NCBI GenBank assembly: GCA_963755715.1
Contig: CAVWLW010000041.1
Span: 32,001-96,000 of the forward strand
Reading direction: 5' to 3'
From: an uncultured delta proteobacterium
GTDB lineage: Bacteria > Desulfobacterota > Binatia > UBA9968
DNA: 64,000 nt
Below the pieces are notes generated by a model. That model worked only from the letters and a program-made list of their open reading frames with translations, made no database searches and had not been told where the DNA came from. Below are positions 31,901 through 42,158 of the stretch, in pieces (the first letter of the stretch is position 1; each line of letters begins with the position of its first letter). The translations under genes were made by a program, and so were the position numbers.

Positions 31901-32306
31901 CGATCCACCTTAAAGACGTTTCCTATTCGTCCATTGTTATTCGTATCAGCCGCTGTCATTCCCCATACGCAACGGAAGACGCTGCTGTCAAGCTTGGGCA
32001 GCATCGCGTCAGATGGCGGAGCCGATAGCTCGTACGACCGAGCATGACGATCGATCACTTAGTTCCGCGAAGAAGAGTTTTGCTTATCGAAGAGCGCGAG
32101 AAAGTTTCGGACTGCGAGGCCAAGACGGTGCTGATTGTAAACCCTTGTACCCTTGTATTTTGTATCGACTCAGACTCTGTACCAAACCGACCTTGACAGG
32201 TTCCTTCCCGTGCAATAAACGAATTGGCAGGTTACTGTGCTCACAGAATTGTCGGACTTCGAAATCACAACCGCTGTAATTCTCGATGAGCGCCGAAGGA
32301 GGAGCC

Positions 32307-33362
32307 ATGTTTCGCGTAGACGTCGATGCCCATGTAGACGAGTCGGAAGCAACCTGGGAATACCTCGACGATGGTGAACGCCGCTTTGCGCCGCTTACGC
32401 TCGATCCTGGAACTCCGACGGCACCGGGCGACGCCCGGCCGCACCGCCTGTGGGTCATCGACGGCAACATCAGACTCAGACGCTGGCGCGATGACAAGCG
32501 AACGGGAACCGTAAAAGCAACGCGCGAGCTGCTGGACGTAGAAGCCCGCGTACGCCACATGGACGAACTGCGCGTCGATGTACAGGTGCTCTACCCGACG
32601 CTTTTTCTCCACGCTCTTACCGATCGGCCGGAGACTGACGTAGCGCTTTGCAAGTCCTACAACCGCTGGATCGCCAAAGCCACAGAGAAAAGCCGCGGGC
32701 GGCTGCGCTGGGTCGCCGTTTTGCCGCTGCTCAACATCGACAAGGCGGTGGAAGAGGTGCGTTGGGCCAAGGATCACGGCGCCTGCGGCGTGTTCAAGAA
32801 GGGCATCGAATGCGGCGACCGCGCCGCCAGCGATCCCTATTTCTTCCCGGTCTACGACGAGGCGGCCCGCCTTGACCTACCGGTGTGCATCCACAACGCG
32901 ACAGGCAAGGTCGAGTCCGCCATAGGACTAGGATCCGGTTTAGATGGAGGCATGAATGCCATCTCGGCTTTCAGCGCGCTCGCCGAGAATGGTATCCCGG
33001 ACATGTTTCCGAAACTCAGAGTCGGATTCATCGAAACCGGCGCGTCATGGGTACCGTATCTCTATGCCGATCTGGTGGCGAAGAAACTTCGCCGAACCTT
33101 CCTGCCCATCGACTTCAAGGAAGACTTGTTCCGCCGCAACCGTTTCTATGTCGCGTGCCAAACCAACGATGATCTTCCTTACATTCTAAAGTACGGCACT
33201 GAAGACAGCTTGATGATCGGCACCGACTACAGTCATGCGGACCAGTCCGCCGAGATCCAGGCTCTGGACGTTATCGAGCAACGCGCCGAAAAAGGCGAAA
33301 TCCCCGCGTCCGTTGCCCGCAAGATCCTGGACGACAATCCGCGCAGGTTCTACGGACTATAG
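32307..33362 (+). CDS. Amidohydrolase_2 family protein
   Basis: DVDAHV, QVLYPT, YNRW, LPVCIH, GTDYSH. Confidence 0.9.
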   Translation: MFRVDVDAHVDESEATWEYLDDGERRFAPLTLDPGTPTAPGDARPHRLWVIDGNIRLRRWRDDKRTGTVKATRELLDVEARVRHMDELRVDVQVLYPTLFLHALTDRPETDVALCKSYNRWIAKATEKSRGRLRWVAVLPLLNIDKAVEEVRWAKDHGACGVFKKGIECGDRAASDPYFFPVYDEAARLDLPVCIHNATGKVESAIGLGSGLDGGMNAISAFSALAENGIPDMFPKLRVGFIETGASWVPYLYADLVAKKLRRTFLPIDFKEDLFRRNRFYVACQTNDDLPYILKYGTEDSLMIGTDYSHADQSAEIQALDVIEQRAEKGEIPASVARKILDDNPRRFYGL

Positions 33363-33476
33363 GCGACCTGCCGTAACGTTTTTTTGGTTTCGCTCTTGGA
33401 GGTCTAAAGACGTTGGGGCTGCGTGGCCTTGGTCTAACTTGAACCAACTAAATTTTTACTGAGGAGGGGTGCGCAG

Positions 33477-33875
33477 ATGGCACAGATCCGGCACATAGCC
33501 ATCAGCTCGGACGACACCGAGAAGCTGGCTCGCTTCTACAAAGAAGTCTTTGGCTTTCGGCAATCTCGTCCGACGCCCGAAGGACGAAAGACCATTTATC
33601 TAACCGACGGCCACGTGGAGCTGACCATCCTGGAAAACGGCAACCAGCAGAATAGCAATGGCTTGCACCATTTCGGTGTACAGACGGATGACATGGAGGG
33701 CACGGTCGATCGCATAGAAAAGATCCAACCGGGAAAGTCTATTGTAAGACCGGAATCGAGCTCGCAGGAAGAAGCATGGCTCTCGGATCCGTCCGGAAAC
33801 CACATCTATCTCTCCGTCAAGGGAAATCTTGATTACCAGCCGGTCGAGAAATATGCCAATCGTAAGAAAAAATGA
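33477..33875 (+). CDS. VOC/glyoxalase family protein
   Basis: IRHIAI, FYKEVFG, GLHHFG, DPSGN. Confidence 0.88.
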   Translation: MAQIRHIAISSDDTEKLARFYKEVFGFRQSRPTPEGRKTIYLTDGHVELTILENGNQQNSNGLHHFGVQTDDMEGTVDRIEKIQPGKSIVRPESSSQEEAWLSDPSGNHIYLSVKGNLDYQPVEKYANRKKK

Positions 33876-33948
33876 TTTATCCGCTAATGATCACTGCTGG
33901 CATTAAAAACCAAAGGATGAGCTCGTCGCACAAAGAAAGGAATCGCGC

Positions 33949-34347
33949 ATGAACCAGCTTCGGCATCTGGCTATACGAACCGAGGAGCCCGAGAAACTCG
34001 CCGCTTTTTATATTGAGGCATTTGGGTTTCGCGAAGTCAGAGAAGGTTGGCCGCCGGCGCAAGGCGAGGAAAGAAGAAGTTTTCATTTGACCGACGGATA
34101 TTTCGAACTGGCCATTCTGGCCAACGTGCCCAACCAGAGCCCAAACGGTCTATATCACTTTGGCATCAAAGTAGACGACATGGATGAGACAGTTCGCAGA
34201 CTGGAAAGTTTTCAGAAGCATGTTCAGCGCAGACCGGAAGATACCTCCTTTGCGGAATTGCGCGTGTCGGATATCGATGGAAATCTGATGGATCTTTCGG
34301 TTCATGGTTTCCTCGATTATAAGCCCCTGAAATCGGGCAAGGAATAA
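33949..34347 (+). CDS. VOC/glyoxalase family protein (tandem paralog)
   Basis: LRHLAI, LTDGYFEL, GLYHFG, DIDGN. Confidence 0.88.
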   Translation: MNQLRHLAIRTEEPEKLAAFYIEAFGFREVREGWPPAQGEERRSFHLTDGYFELAILANVPNQSPNGLYHFGIKVDDMDETVRRLESFQKHVQRRPEDTSFAELRVSDIDGNLMDLSVHGFLDYKPLKSGKE

Positions 34348-34381
34348 AAACGCAGATGCGGCGATTCTCTGCCGGGGTTCC

Positions 34382-35533
34382 ATGAGGCAGCTGGTTTTTC
34401 TGCGCAAGATTCCACTCTACGCTTCTCTTCTTCTGAGTATCGTGACAGCGCGAGCTATCCCGGCCGTCATGGCGGCCGAGAAGCCAGGCTGGCAAGCGGA
34501 GTGGGATAAAACTGTTGCCGGCGCTAAAAAAGAAGGCGCGGTGTCTTTATGGGGTGACATGGAGATTACTCACCCGGATATCGTGGCCGCCTTTACCAAA
34601 GAATTTCCTTTCATTAAGCCGATCACTGTTACCGGACGGGTAGGCGACCTGACGATGCGCATCCTGTCGGAGCGCAGAGCTGGGAAATACTTGGCCGACC
34701 TTTATAGCGGCGTCATGGGCGGCGCAGCATTCTATGAGTTTTATCGCACCGGAGTTCTGGATTCGGTTAAAGCCACTTTTATTCTTCCGGAGGTTACCGA
34801 TGAATCGAAGTGGCTTGGCGGCAAGCATCATTATGTCGACCCCGAAACTCAACAGATTATCCTCTATGAAGGAACTATCGCGGGCACGAGCATCTTTTAT
34901 AACTCAGAGTCGGTGAAACCGAACGAGTTCAGCTCTTACTGGGATCTCCTTGACCGGAAGTGGAAGGGTAAGATCGCCATGTTCGAGCGGGTTGGCTCTG
35001 GTTTTCCGAGTTTGACGCCGATCTATTACAATCCCCGTCTCGGTCCCGATTTCATAAAGCGCCTGTTGGGCGAGATGAGCGTCACGGTTTCGCGCGATCG
35101 CCGCCAAGCGACCGACTGGCTGGCATCCGGCAAGTTTGTTCTGTGCATCGGTTGCGGCGATGTGGAGCATGCGAGCAGAGACGGCATGCCGGTGAGCGAG
35201 TTGGGCCGCGGGTATCTGAAGGAGGCCGGCAACAACATAGGCCTCAATGGCAACAGCGGCCTAGCGCTTGTTAGCAAATCGGCCCATCCGCAGGCCGCTG
35301 CGGTTTTCACCAACTGGTTTCTTTCCCGCAGAGGTCAAATGGTTTGGCAGGAAGTCATGAACACAAAGGTCGAAGAACCATCAAACTCGATGAGAATCGA
35401 TATCCCGAAAGACAAGGTTCTTCCCGCAGCGCGGCGGGAGGACGGCGTGAAATATACTGTCACCGGTTTCCTGGATCCGGAGCCTCCTAGCAAACTCATC
35501 GAGGAGCTTTTGGGAAGAAAAAGGGCGAGGTAA
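34382..35533 (+). CDS. Extracellular solute-binding protein (Fe3+/polyamine-like)
   Basis: Signal peptide; AKKEG, ERRAG, SYWDLLDRKWKGKI, AHPQAAAVFTNWFLS. Confidence 0.88.
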   Translation: MRQLVFLRKIPLYASLLLSIVTARAIPAVMAAEKPGWQAEWDKTVAGAKKEGAVSLWGDMEITHPDIVAAFTKEFPFIKPITVTGRVGDLTMRILSERRAGKYLADLYSGVMGGAAFYEFYRTGVLDSVKATFILPEVTDESKWLGGKHHYVDPETQQIILYEGTIAGTSIFYNSESVKPNEFSSYWDLLDRKWKGKIAMFERVGSGFPSLTPIYYNPRLGPDFIKRLLGEMSVTVSRDRRQATDWLASGKFVLCIGCGDVEHASRDGMPVSELGRGYLKEAGNNIGLNGNSGLALVSKSAHPQAAAVFTNWFLSRRGQMVWQEVMNTKVEEPSNSMRIDIPKDKVLPAARREDGVKYTVTGFLDPEPPSKLIEELLGRKRAR

Positions 35534-35745
35534 CCGCCATCCCGAACACGAGCGGCTCAAGGCCCATCTCACTTCGCAGTTTTGCCGCATCATCGAGAGT
35601 CGCGGTCTCGCATAGGTTGAAGCGGGCGCAATTCTCGGCATTAAGCAGCCCCACGTTTCGGCCCTGATGCGTAACCGTTCGGGCAATTTTTCAGGCGACG
35701 ACTAATAGACTTTTTAATTGCGCGCGTCCTCGCGCCGTAGATCCG
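35534..35745 (+). pseudogene. XRE/HigA-like HTH regulator remnant
   Basis: PEHERLKAHLT...IIESRGLA*VEAGAILGIKQPHVSALMRNRSGNFS with internal stop and frameshift; 5' end missing. Confidence 0.7.
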
Positions 35746-36021
35746 AGCAGATTGTAAATGTTGTTATGGCAGACCCGTGGCCAGACCGGAGCGACTAAAC
35801 CATAGAGAAAACTCTTTTGTGCCAATCCGCAGCAGCTTTATCACTTCTAGCGGTAAAATTGGCGCCTATATCATAGACTTCAGGCTTTCAGTGACAGTTG
35901 CGGACTTGCGCAATTGAGCAAACATGTGAATGATTCTTATCGACGGTCGTTTGCGACACGGAACGAACGACAAAAAGGCTGGCGAAGAGGTTAATGAAAT
36001 GCCGGTCGAGAGGGCGGCGTC

Positions 36022-36969
36022 ATGATTCTGATCACCGGTGGCCTGGGATTTATCGGTCTCCACACCGCCAGGCGCTTCCTGGATGTGGGCGAGCAGGTGG
36101 TGCTCACGCAGTATCGGATGCGGCGGGAGCCTGATTTCATCAAAAGCGAGATCGGCAAACGCGCATTTATCGAGACGCTGGATGTCACAGCCGGCCACGA
36201 TGTGATCGATCTCGTGCGCAGGCACAAGGTCACCGGCATCGTCCACCTCGCCGTGCCGGGCCTCGGGGCTTTATCCGCGGCGGAGGATTACCGAGTCAAC
36301 GTGATGGGATTTTTGAATATCCTCGAGGCCGCCAGGCTATTCGATGTCAGGCGCGTAAGCTTGGCCAGCTCCGTAGCCGTCTATGCCAGCCTTCCCGAAG
36401 GTCCGTTCCGCGAAGAAGCGCTCTTGCCCGTACACTCCGGCAATCCCACCGAGACATTCAAGAAAGCGCTGGAGATTCTCGGCCTGCACTACGCCTCCCG
36501 GACCAATCTCGAGGTGGTGGCGTTGCGCATCGGCAGCCCGTTCGGGCCGCTTTACCACAGCCTGGCCGCGCCGACGAGTCGAATCTGTCACGCGGCGGCG
36601 AAAGGGGTGCCCACCGATTTTACCGGCGTGCGACGCGGAGCGCCGTATGAAGAGGACGATACCGGCGCTTTTTATGTCAAGGATTGCGCCGCGGCTATCC
36701 AACTCCTCCAGATGGCCGAAAAATTGTCTCACCGAATCTACAACATCGGCAGCGAGTCACCGACGACGTACGGTGAGTTTGTCGACGCAGTGAAATCGGC
36801 GGTTCCCGACGTGCAGGTAAATTTGCAACTCGGGCGCAACCCCCGATACCGACCGAACGCTTACATGGATATCACCCGGATCAAGGAAGAAGTCGGCTAC
36901 CGGCCACAGTACGACATCAAGCGGGGTGTAGAAGAGTACATCGACTGGCTGAGGAGCCATCCAGAATAA
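36022..36969 (+). CDS. NAD-dependent epimerase/dehydratase
   Basis: ILITGGLGFIG, HLA, ASSVAVY, YVKDCA, IYNIG; the usual YxxxK reads ETFKK. Confidence 0.85.
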   Translation: MILITGGLGFIGLHTARRFLDVGEQVVLTQYRMRREPDFIKSEIGKRAFIETLDVTAGHDVIDLVRRHKVTGIVHLAVPGLGALSAAEDYRVNVMGFLNILEAARLFDVRRVSLASSVAVYASLPEGPFREEALLPVHSGNPTETFKKALEILGLHYASRTNLEVVALRIGSPFGPLYHSLAAPTSRICHAAAKGVPTDFTGVRRGAPYEEDDTGAFYVKDCAAAIQLLQMAEKLSHRIYNIGSESPTTYGEFVDAVKSAVPDVQVNLQLGRNPRYRPNAYMDITRIKEEVGYRPQYDIKRGVEEYIDWLRSHPE

Positions 36970-37470
36970 TTTGCGCAGCAGCCCGTTATTACGACTCAAG
37001 CGAGCACAACGCGCTGTAATTCTGGCCGACACAAAACAGTCAAGCGCAACCTATGAATAAAGTCACGCCCCGTCTTGACTGAGCTAGCCGAAGGTAATAG
37101 CCAATTTAGGTTATCGATAAATTTTCTACACAGCGCGCACCCAAGCGGATTTGCTCCGGCATTCGTTGACTGTTCGTCTGCGGCAATTTGCGATTGAACC
37201 AGAGTTGCACCGGTGGCGAACCGGCCAACAAAACATGGGAGTGAACCCTATGGCGACCCAATTACGAGAGGCGATCGAAAAGCTCAGGGCTGAAATCAAG
37301 GGCCTCGACTTGTAGTCCGGAAGATCTCTAAATGATCCTTGGTGCTGAAGACTTAGGGGGCGCGTCGAGCTGAAGAGCTTCCGGAATGCGTCATCCCAAG
37401 ACGGACCATCGGCAATCCTTCGCGAGATCACGCGAATCTTGATGATGATAGGCAGACAGCATTTGGCCTG

Positions 37471-37509
37471 TTGAACTTATGACCTATAGATGGCTATAAT
37501 CTGGCCATG
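37471..37509 (+). promoter_or_regulatory. Sigma-70 promoter, probably leaderless, with an overlapping inverted repeat
   Basis: TTGAAC-N18-TATAAT ending 6 nt before ATG 37507; ATGGC...GCCAT inverted repeat. Confidence 0.55.
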
Positions 37510-37758
37510 AATATCGTTAACGTGGCTATCCTGAAAGAAAAGCTTAGTTACTATCTTAATCTGGTTAAGTCGGGCGAAGAAGTCGTTGTAACCTCGCATC
37601 GGCACCGGGTCGCGCGCATTCTCCCCGTGACCGCTCCTTCGGCTGAGCTCGTGGAGCCTGCTCGCCCGATCAAAGACTTACGAAAAATAAAGGGCATCAA
37701 GCTTCGACGATCGGTGTCAGCGGTGAAATCGCTTTTGGACGACCGCCGGCGCCGATGA
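37507..37758 (+). CDS. vapB: Phd/YefM family antitoxin
   Basis: VNVAILKEKLSYYLNLVKSGEEVVVTSHRHRVARILP. Confidence 0.85.
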   Translation: MNIVNVAILKEKLSYYLNLVKSGEEVVVTSHRHRVARILPVTAPSAELVEPARPIKDLRKIKGIKLRRSVSAVKSLLDDRRRR

Positions 37759-38174
37759 CTGTTTACGTCGACACTTCGGTCGTCCTGCGCATCCTGTTTC
37801 ACGAGCCAAATTGGGTGGCGATTTGGGGCCGATGGAACAAAGCCTATAGTAGTGCACTGTGGCGCGTGGAGGCCTTGAGAACTGTGGACCGGCTCCGGTT
37901 AACTCACCAGATTTCCGATACCGAAGTCGCGCAGCTTGTGCGCGATATACAGATTACCCACGAAACCTTCGCCATCCACCCGGTGACGAACCAAGTCCTT
38001 CAGCGAGCAAGCGAAACCTTTCCCACGGTAGTTGGCACTCTGGATGCGATCCACTTGGCGACGGCGCTCTCGATACGCGAAATCGAAAATGTGGATTTAT
38101 TGTTGACCCACGATTCCCAACTCGCGACCGCCGCCAGAAGTCTTGGGTTCGAGGTGATGGGAATTGATCAGTAA
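37755..38174 (+). CDS. vapC: PIN domain toxin
   Basis: VYVDTS, VE, TLDAIHLATA, THD; ATGA overlap with the antitoxin. Confidence 0.88.
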   Translation: MTVYVDTSVVLRILFHEPNWVAIWGRWNKAYSSALWRVEALRTVDRLRLTHQISDTEVAQLVRDIQITHETFAIHPVTNQVLQRASETFPTVVGTLDAIHLATALSIREIENVDLLLTHDSQLATAARSLGFEVMGIDQ

Positions 38175-38501
38175 AGAGAGAAACGCTACCGGCAAAAACT
38201 GACCCGTCAAACAATTTATGTCCAGTTTTTATGCCGCTATTTTTTTACAGTTCAGTTGTAGAAACAGTGCGTCCTGTTAAATCAAGAAATAGTGCCTGGC
38301 ATCAATCGATCGAGTCGCCTCATCGACTCCCCTTCTCACTCTTCAATGCCCTCAGGGCTAATCGTTTCATTCCCCCGGAAATGGTTGCTTGACATTCGAA
38401 TTGCCAGCCCAATATGCTCCGTCGGTAAATTGACCGCTTCATATTCAACCAAACAAGCAGCGCTTTGCGCTAATGAATCTCTCGTCGAGGGAGCGTGTTA
38501 C

Positions 38502-39494
38502 ATGAGATTATCCCGGCTTAGAATTACTTTGAGCATTATAATTTCGCTCTTGGTGTTCTCGTCTTTCCCCTGTCGATCCCAGGAAAAAGTAAAATTTCCG
38601 ATCGCTGCGTCCAGTAAGACGCTGGGGTATGGGCCGCTTTGGGTCGCCTGGAAGCACGGCTTCTTCGACCAGCAGGGTCTGGATGCTCAGGTGATTCTCC
38701 TGCGCGGCACCCCGCCGTCGGTCCAAGCGCTCGTCGCCGGCTCCGTTTACGTTGGCGGCGCTACTCCGGATGCGGTGATGGACGTAAGCGAGCGCGGCAT
38801 CGATCTGGTGATGGTGGTGGGTTTAATCAACGGTCTCTCGCACGCGATCATGGGCGGGAAAAATTATAAACGCTATGAAGATCTACGCGGCGCGACGATC
38901 GGCGGTCAGAGCCTGACTTCAGGCATCACGTTCCCCTTGAAGCAGGTGTTGAAATCCAAAGGATTGGAATATCCGCGCGATTACAAGCTGGTCAACGTCG
39001 GCGGCACCGCCGATCTTTTCGCAGCGCTATCGAGCGGCCAGATCGCGGCGGCGCCGCTCGCGATACCGCTTAATTTTGCCGCTGAAGAAGCGGGATTCAA
39101 CGTGATCGGCTGGTATCGAGACGTATTGCCGAACTATCAGCTCACCGCGATGACGGTGCGGCGCTCTTGGGCGGAAGCCAACCGCCCTCTCCTGATCCGT
39201 TTCGCCAAGGGCATGGCTCTGGCGATGCGTTGGGTGTTCGAGAACAAGGAGCCGGCGATCGATTTTCTAACCAAGGAAATGAAGCTAAAACCGGCCCACG
39301 CGCGCAAGGGATGGGAATACTATACAGCGAATCGAATTTGGTATCCGGACTCGGATATCAATACCGAGGGCGTTAAGACCCTGATCCAAATCTACGGCGA
39401 GCAGGGCCAACTCAAGGGCCCTCTGCCAAGTCCGGCCAGATATGTGGATCAGAGTTATTTGAAGGATGCATTAAAAGAGCTGGGCAACAGATGA
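38502..39494 (+). CDS. SsuA/NMT1-like substrate-binding protein
   Basis: Signal peptide from ATG 38502; PLWVAWKHGFFDQQGLD; YVDQSYL. Confidence 0.9.
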   Translation: MRLSRLRITLSIIISLLVFSSFPCRSQEKVKFPIAASSKTLGYGPLWVAWKHGFFDQQGLDAQVILLRGTPPSVQALVAGSVYVGGATPDAVMDVSERGIDLVMVVGLINGLSHAIMGGKNYKRYEDLRGATIGGQSLTSGITFPLKQVLKSKGLEYPRDYKLVNVGGTADLFAALSSGQIAAAPLAIPLNFAAEEAGFNVIGWYRDVLPNYQLTAMTVRRSWAEANRPLLIRFAKGMALAMRWVFENKEPAIDFLTKEMKLKPAHARKGWEYYTANRIWYPDSDINTEGVKTLIQIYGEQGQLKGPLPSPARYVDQSYLKDALKELGNR

Positions 39495-39591
39495 ACCGCC
39501 GCTCACGAATTAAGTGGGCAGCACCGCGTCGATCCGCCTCGTAAACGATGAATTCTGATTGGTAGTGTCATTAAAAAGTTTGAATACAGAT

Positions 39592-40599
39592 CTACTGTAG
39601 AAAGAGCTTGCGATATTCGCTCTTCTTATCAGCGTAACCTTTCTCATCCAGCTCATCCATCGGAATGAACTGAACTTTATCGGCGTCCGGCAGCGGCGGG
39701 TAGATTCCTACTCTCGTGACAAACTCACCTGCCTTGGCAATGATCTTAAGACTCTCATCGCTGTGATAGTAATCCATAAATGCCTTTCCAGCGTTGGGAC
39801 GAGGCGCTTTGCTGCCTAGGACCAAGAGATTCTGGTCCCCTAGGAATTTACCAAGTCGCGCATAGTCCACTGGAGCGCCGTTTTGACTATAGAGAAACAC
39901 CGAATTCAATTGCGTGATTCCAATTGGTGTCTCTCCTGTGCTGACTCGCTCCGCGGTGGGCGAAAGGGACTCGAGAAGAATCGGTTTCATGGCAGCCAAG
40001 TCACGAATAAATTTGTCCGATTTATCCTTACCCAAAATTTTGTACAAGCTTGCAAGCCACTGAGCGGTGGTTGAGTGCTGGGTCGGATCAGGCATGGCTA
40101 TTTTACCCTTGTATTTGGGATGGACTAGCTCTTCCAGAGACTTAGGTGCTTCGGCGAATTTGATGATGCTACTATTGAAGGCCACACCTATGACCGCCCG
40201 CCGGTGAATCACCCCGATCTCTGAATCGATGGCCTCCTTGGGGAAGTCCTTCGCGGTGGGGGGTAGATATTTAATCATTATGCCATCTTTGACTAGGAAC
40301 CTGGCCTCGTTGCTCGGGATGAAAAGCACATCGAAGAGAGGTTTTCCCGCCCGATATTCGTTGACGGCGCGATCCATCACCTTGGTTGCAGAGGCTCTCC
40401 AGTACTCTAAAGTGAGCCCGGTTTTCTTTTCAAAAACACTCTTGGAAGGTTCCAAGATCTCGGCCTGAAGCGATCCATAGGCGACGATCTTTCCCCCTTC
40501 TTTTTTCGCCGCCTCAATCAGCTTTGCGTCCTGGCTAAAAGCGGGTGCCCAAAGAAAAAATAAAAATGAAAAGAGCGATAGCGCTACCAAGCTAGCCAT
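39592..40599 (-). CDS. Extracellular solute-binding protein (Fe3+-like)
   Basis: LIEAAKKEG, APKSLEELVHPKYKGKI, APRPNAGKAFMDY. Confidence 0.88.
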   Translation of the reverse strand: MASLVALSLFSFLFFLWAPAFSQDAKLIEAAKKEGGKIVAYGSLQAEILEPSKSVFEKKTGLTLEYWRASATKVMDRAVNEYRAGKPLFDVLFIPSNEARFLVKDGIMIKYLPPTAKDFPKEAIDSEIGVIHRRAVIGVAFNSSIIKFAEAPKSLEELVHPKYKGKIAMPDPTQHSTTAQWLASLYKILGKDKSDKFIRDLAAMKPILLESLSPTAERVSTGETPIGITQLNSVFLYSQNGAPVDYARLGKFLGDQNLLVLGSKAPRPNAGKAFMDYYHSDESLKIIAKAGEFVTRVGIYPPLPDADKVQFIPMDELDEKGYADKKSEYRKLFLQ

Positions 40600-40961
40600 T
40601 ATTTTTCTCCTTTCGAGCACCCTCGTTAGACAAGCAAGCCGGTATGGAAAATTGACGCATCCATAGGCCCGACTTCTCGAATATCAACTAAATTAAGAGT
40701 CCCATTAACCGAACGCGGAGGGAATGTCTAGTGTATTCAAGAGCCATACTGAAGTTGACAGGCAACCTGACGATTTGATACTCGCTAACAATCGAGGGCT
40801 CGGTTTTTTTCTCGTGATCGCTTGAGCCTCCGGAACGTGGGCTCACGCATGGTCACGGGTTAATTTCGCAGAAATTCCGGGGACGGCATAATAAAGAATT
40901 TTACAGATGACCTAAGACCGAGCACAGAATCAACAATCCATACCGGGCAGGAGGAAGTCTC

Positions 40962-41924
40962 ATGGCTGAAAGAATAGTTTATCTCAATGGGTCGTTTGTT
41001 CCCGAGAGCGAAGCAAAGGTTTCGGTGGGAGACGCGGGGTTCACTTCAGGCGACGGGGTCTATGATGTTACCCGGACGTTCGGACACAAGCCGTTCAAGT
41101 TGAGGGAACATACCGAACGGCTCTTCAGGTCACTTTGCTATACACGGATAAATTGCGGCCTCACCATGGAGGAGATGGAGAAGAGGACGTTGGAAGTTTT
41201 TGATAAGAATAAACATCTTTTAGGAAAAAACGATGAGTACGCCCTATGGCAAATTGTCAGCCGGGGAACACGATTTATGGATGGCAGCAATCGACCAAAA
41301 GGACAGTCAACTGTAACCATCTATTGCGTGCCGATTGACTTTAAAGAGTTCGCCCGACATCTCATTGACGGCGTCAGACTCGTCATCCCCTCAACGAGAC
41401 GGATACCGCCCCAATGTTTGGAATCGAAAGCGAAAATCACAAATAAGATGAACCACAATATAGCCCTCTTCGAGGCTAGACAGGTGGATCCAAAGTGCCT
41501 GCCATTAATGCTTGATATCAACGGAAATCTCAGCGAGACGAATTCCGCTAATTTCTTTTTGGTTCTTAACGGAATGCTCTGTACGCCAACAGACAAAAAT
41601 GTTCTAGGAGGCATCACCCGAGCTACGGTTCTGCCGATGGCTAACGAGTTAGGAATTAAAGTGGTTGAAGGAGATTTCACGCCGTACGACCTATACAATG
41701 CCGACGAGGCTTTTCTCGCTGGTACGAGCCCGACCATAGTGCCGGTGCAAAGTGTGAATGGTTTAAGAATCGGTAACAAAGTCCCAGGGCCTGTCACCCT
41801 CAGGTTGATCAATGCCTGGAGCAAGATGGTTAATGTTGACATAGCGCTGCAGGCGTTCGGCCATCTCGACCCAAAAGAACAAGAGCAATTGCTCAAAGTT
41901 TGGCAGGAAAAGAAAGCTGCGTAA
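40962..41924 (+). CDS. Aminotransferase class IV (IlvE/D-amino acid aminotransferase-like)
   Basis: VYLNGSFVPE, GDGVYD, LREHTERL, LGGITR, ADEAFL. Confidence 0.9.
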   Translation: MAERIVYLNGSFVPESEAKVSVGDAGFTSGDGVYDVTRTFGHKPFKLREHTERLFRSLCYTRINCGLTMEEMEKRTLEVFDKNKHLLGKNDEYALWQIVSRGTRFMDGSNRPKGQSTVTIYCVPIDFKEFARHLIDGVRLVIPSTRRIPPQCLESKAKITNKMNHNIALFEARQVDPKCLPLMLDINGNLSETNSANFFLVLNGMLCTPTDKNVLGGITRATVLPMANELGIKVVEGDFTPYDLYNADEAFLAGTSPTIVPVQSVNGLRIGNKVPGPVTLRLINAWSKMVNVDIALQAFGHLDPKEQEQLLKVWQEKKAA

Positions 41925-41949
41925 TCGACGGCTCGCCTGAAAATTCACC

Positions 41950-42045
41950 ACGCTGCGGCCCTGATGCGTTGCCGTTCGGGCAATTTTTCAGTCGAACGAG
42001 TAATGGACTTTTCCATTGCGCTCCGACTCGCGCCGTCGACCCCAG
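41950..42045 (+). pseudogene. Second, shorter copy of the XRE HTH remnant
   Basis: CGGCCCTGATGCGTTGCCGTTCGGGCAATTTTTCAG closely matches 35659-35694; reads ALMRCRSGNFSVERVMDF. Confidence 0.7.
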
Positions 42046-42158
42046 GGTCGGCACATAATGGGTGATGCAAGACCTGGCACTCAATCCGCCTTGCACGTGC
42101 ATTCTTGTTTAGCTAAACCGATATCACGACATTTTTTTGGCGTCTGCAGGAGAGCATC

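Noticed and set aside
40790-40960. Riboswitch or T-box upstream of the class IV aminotransferase
   Set aside because: Long leader, but no recognisable conserved aptamer or T-box motif.
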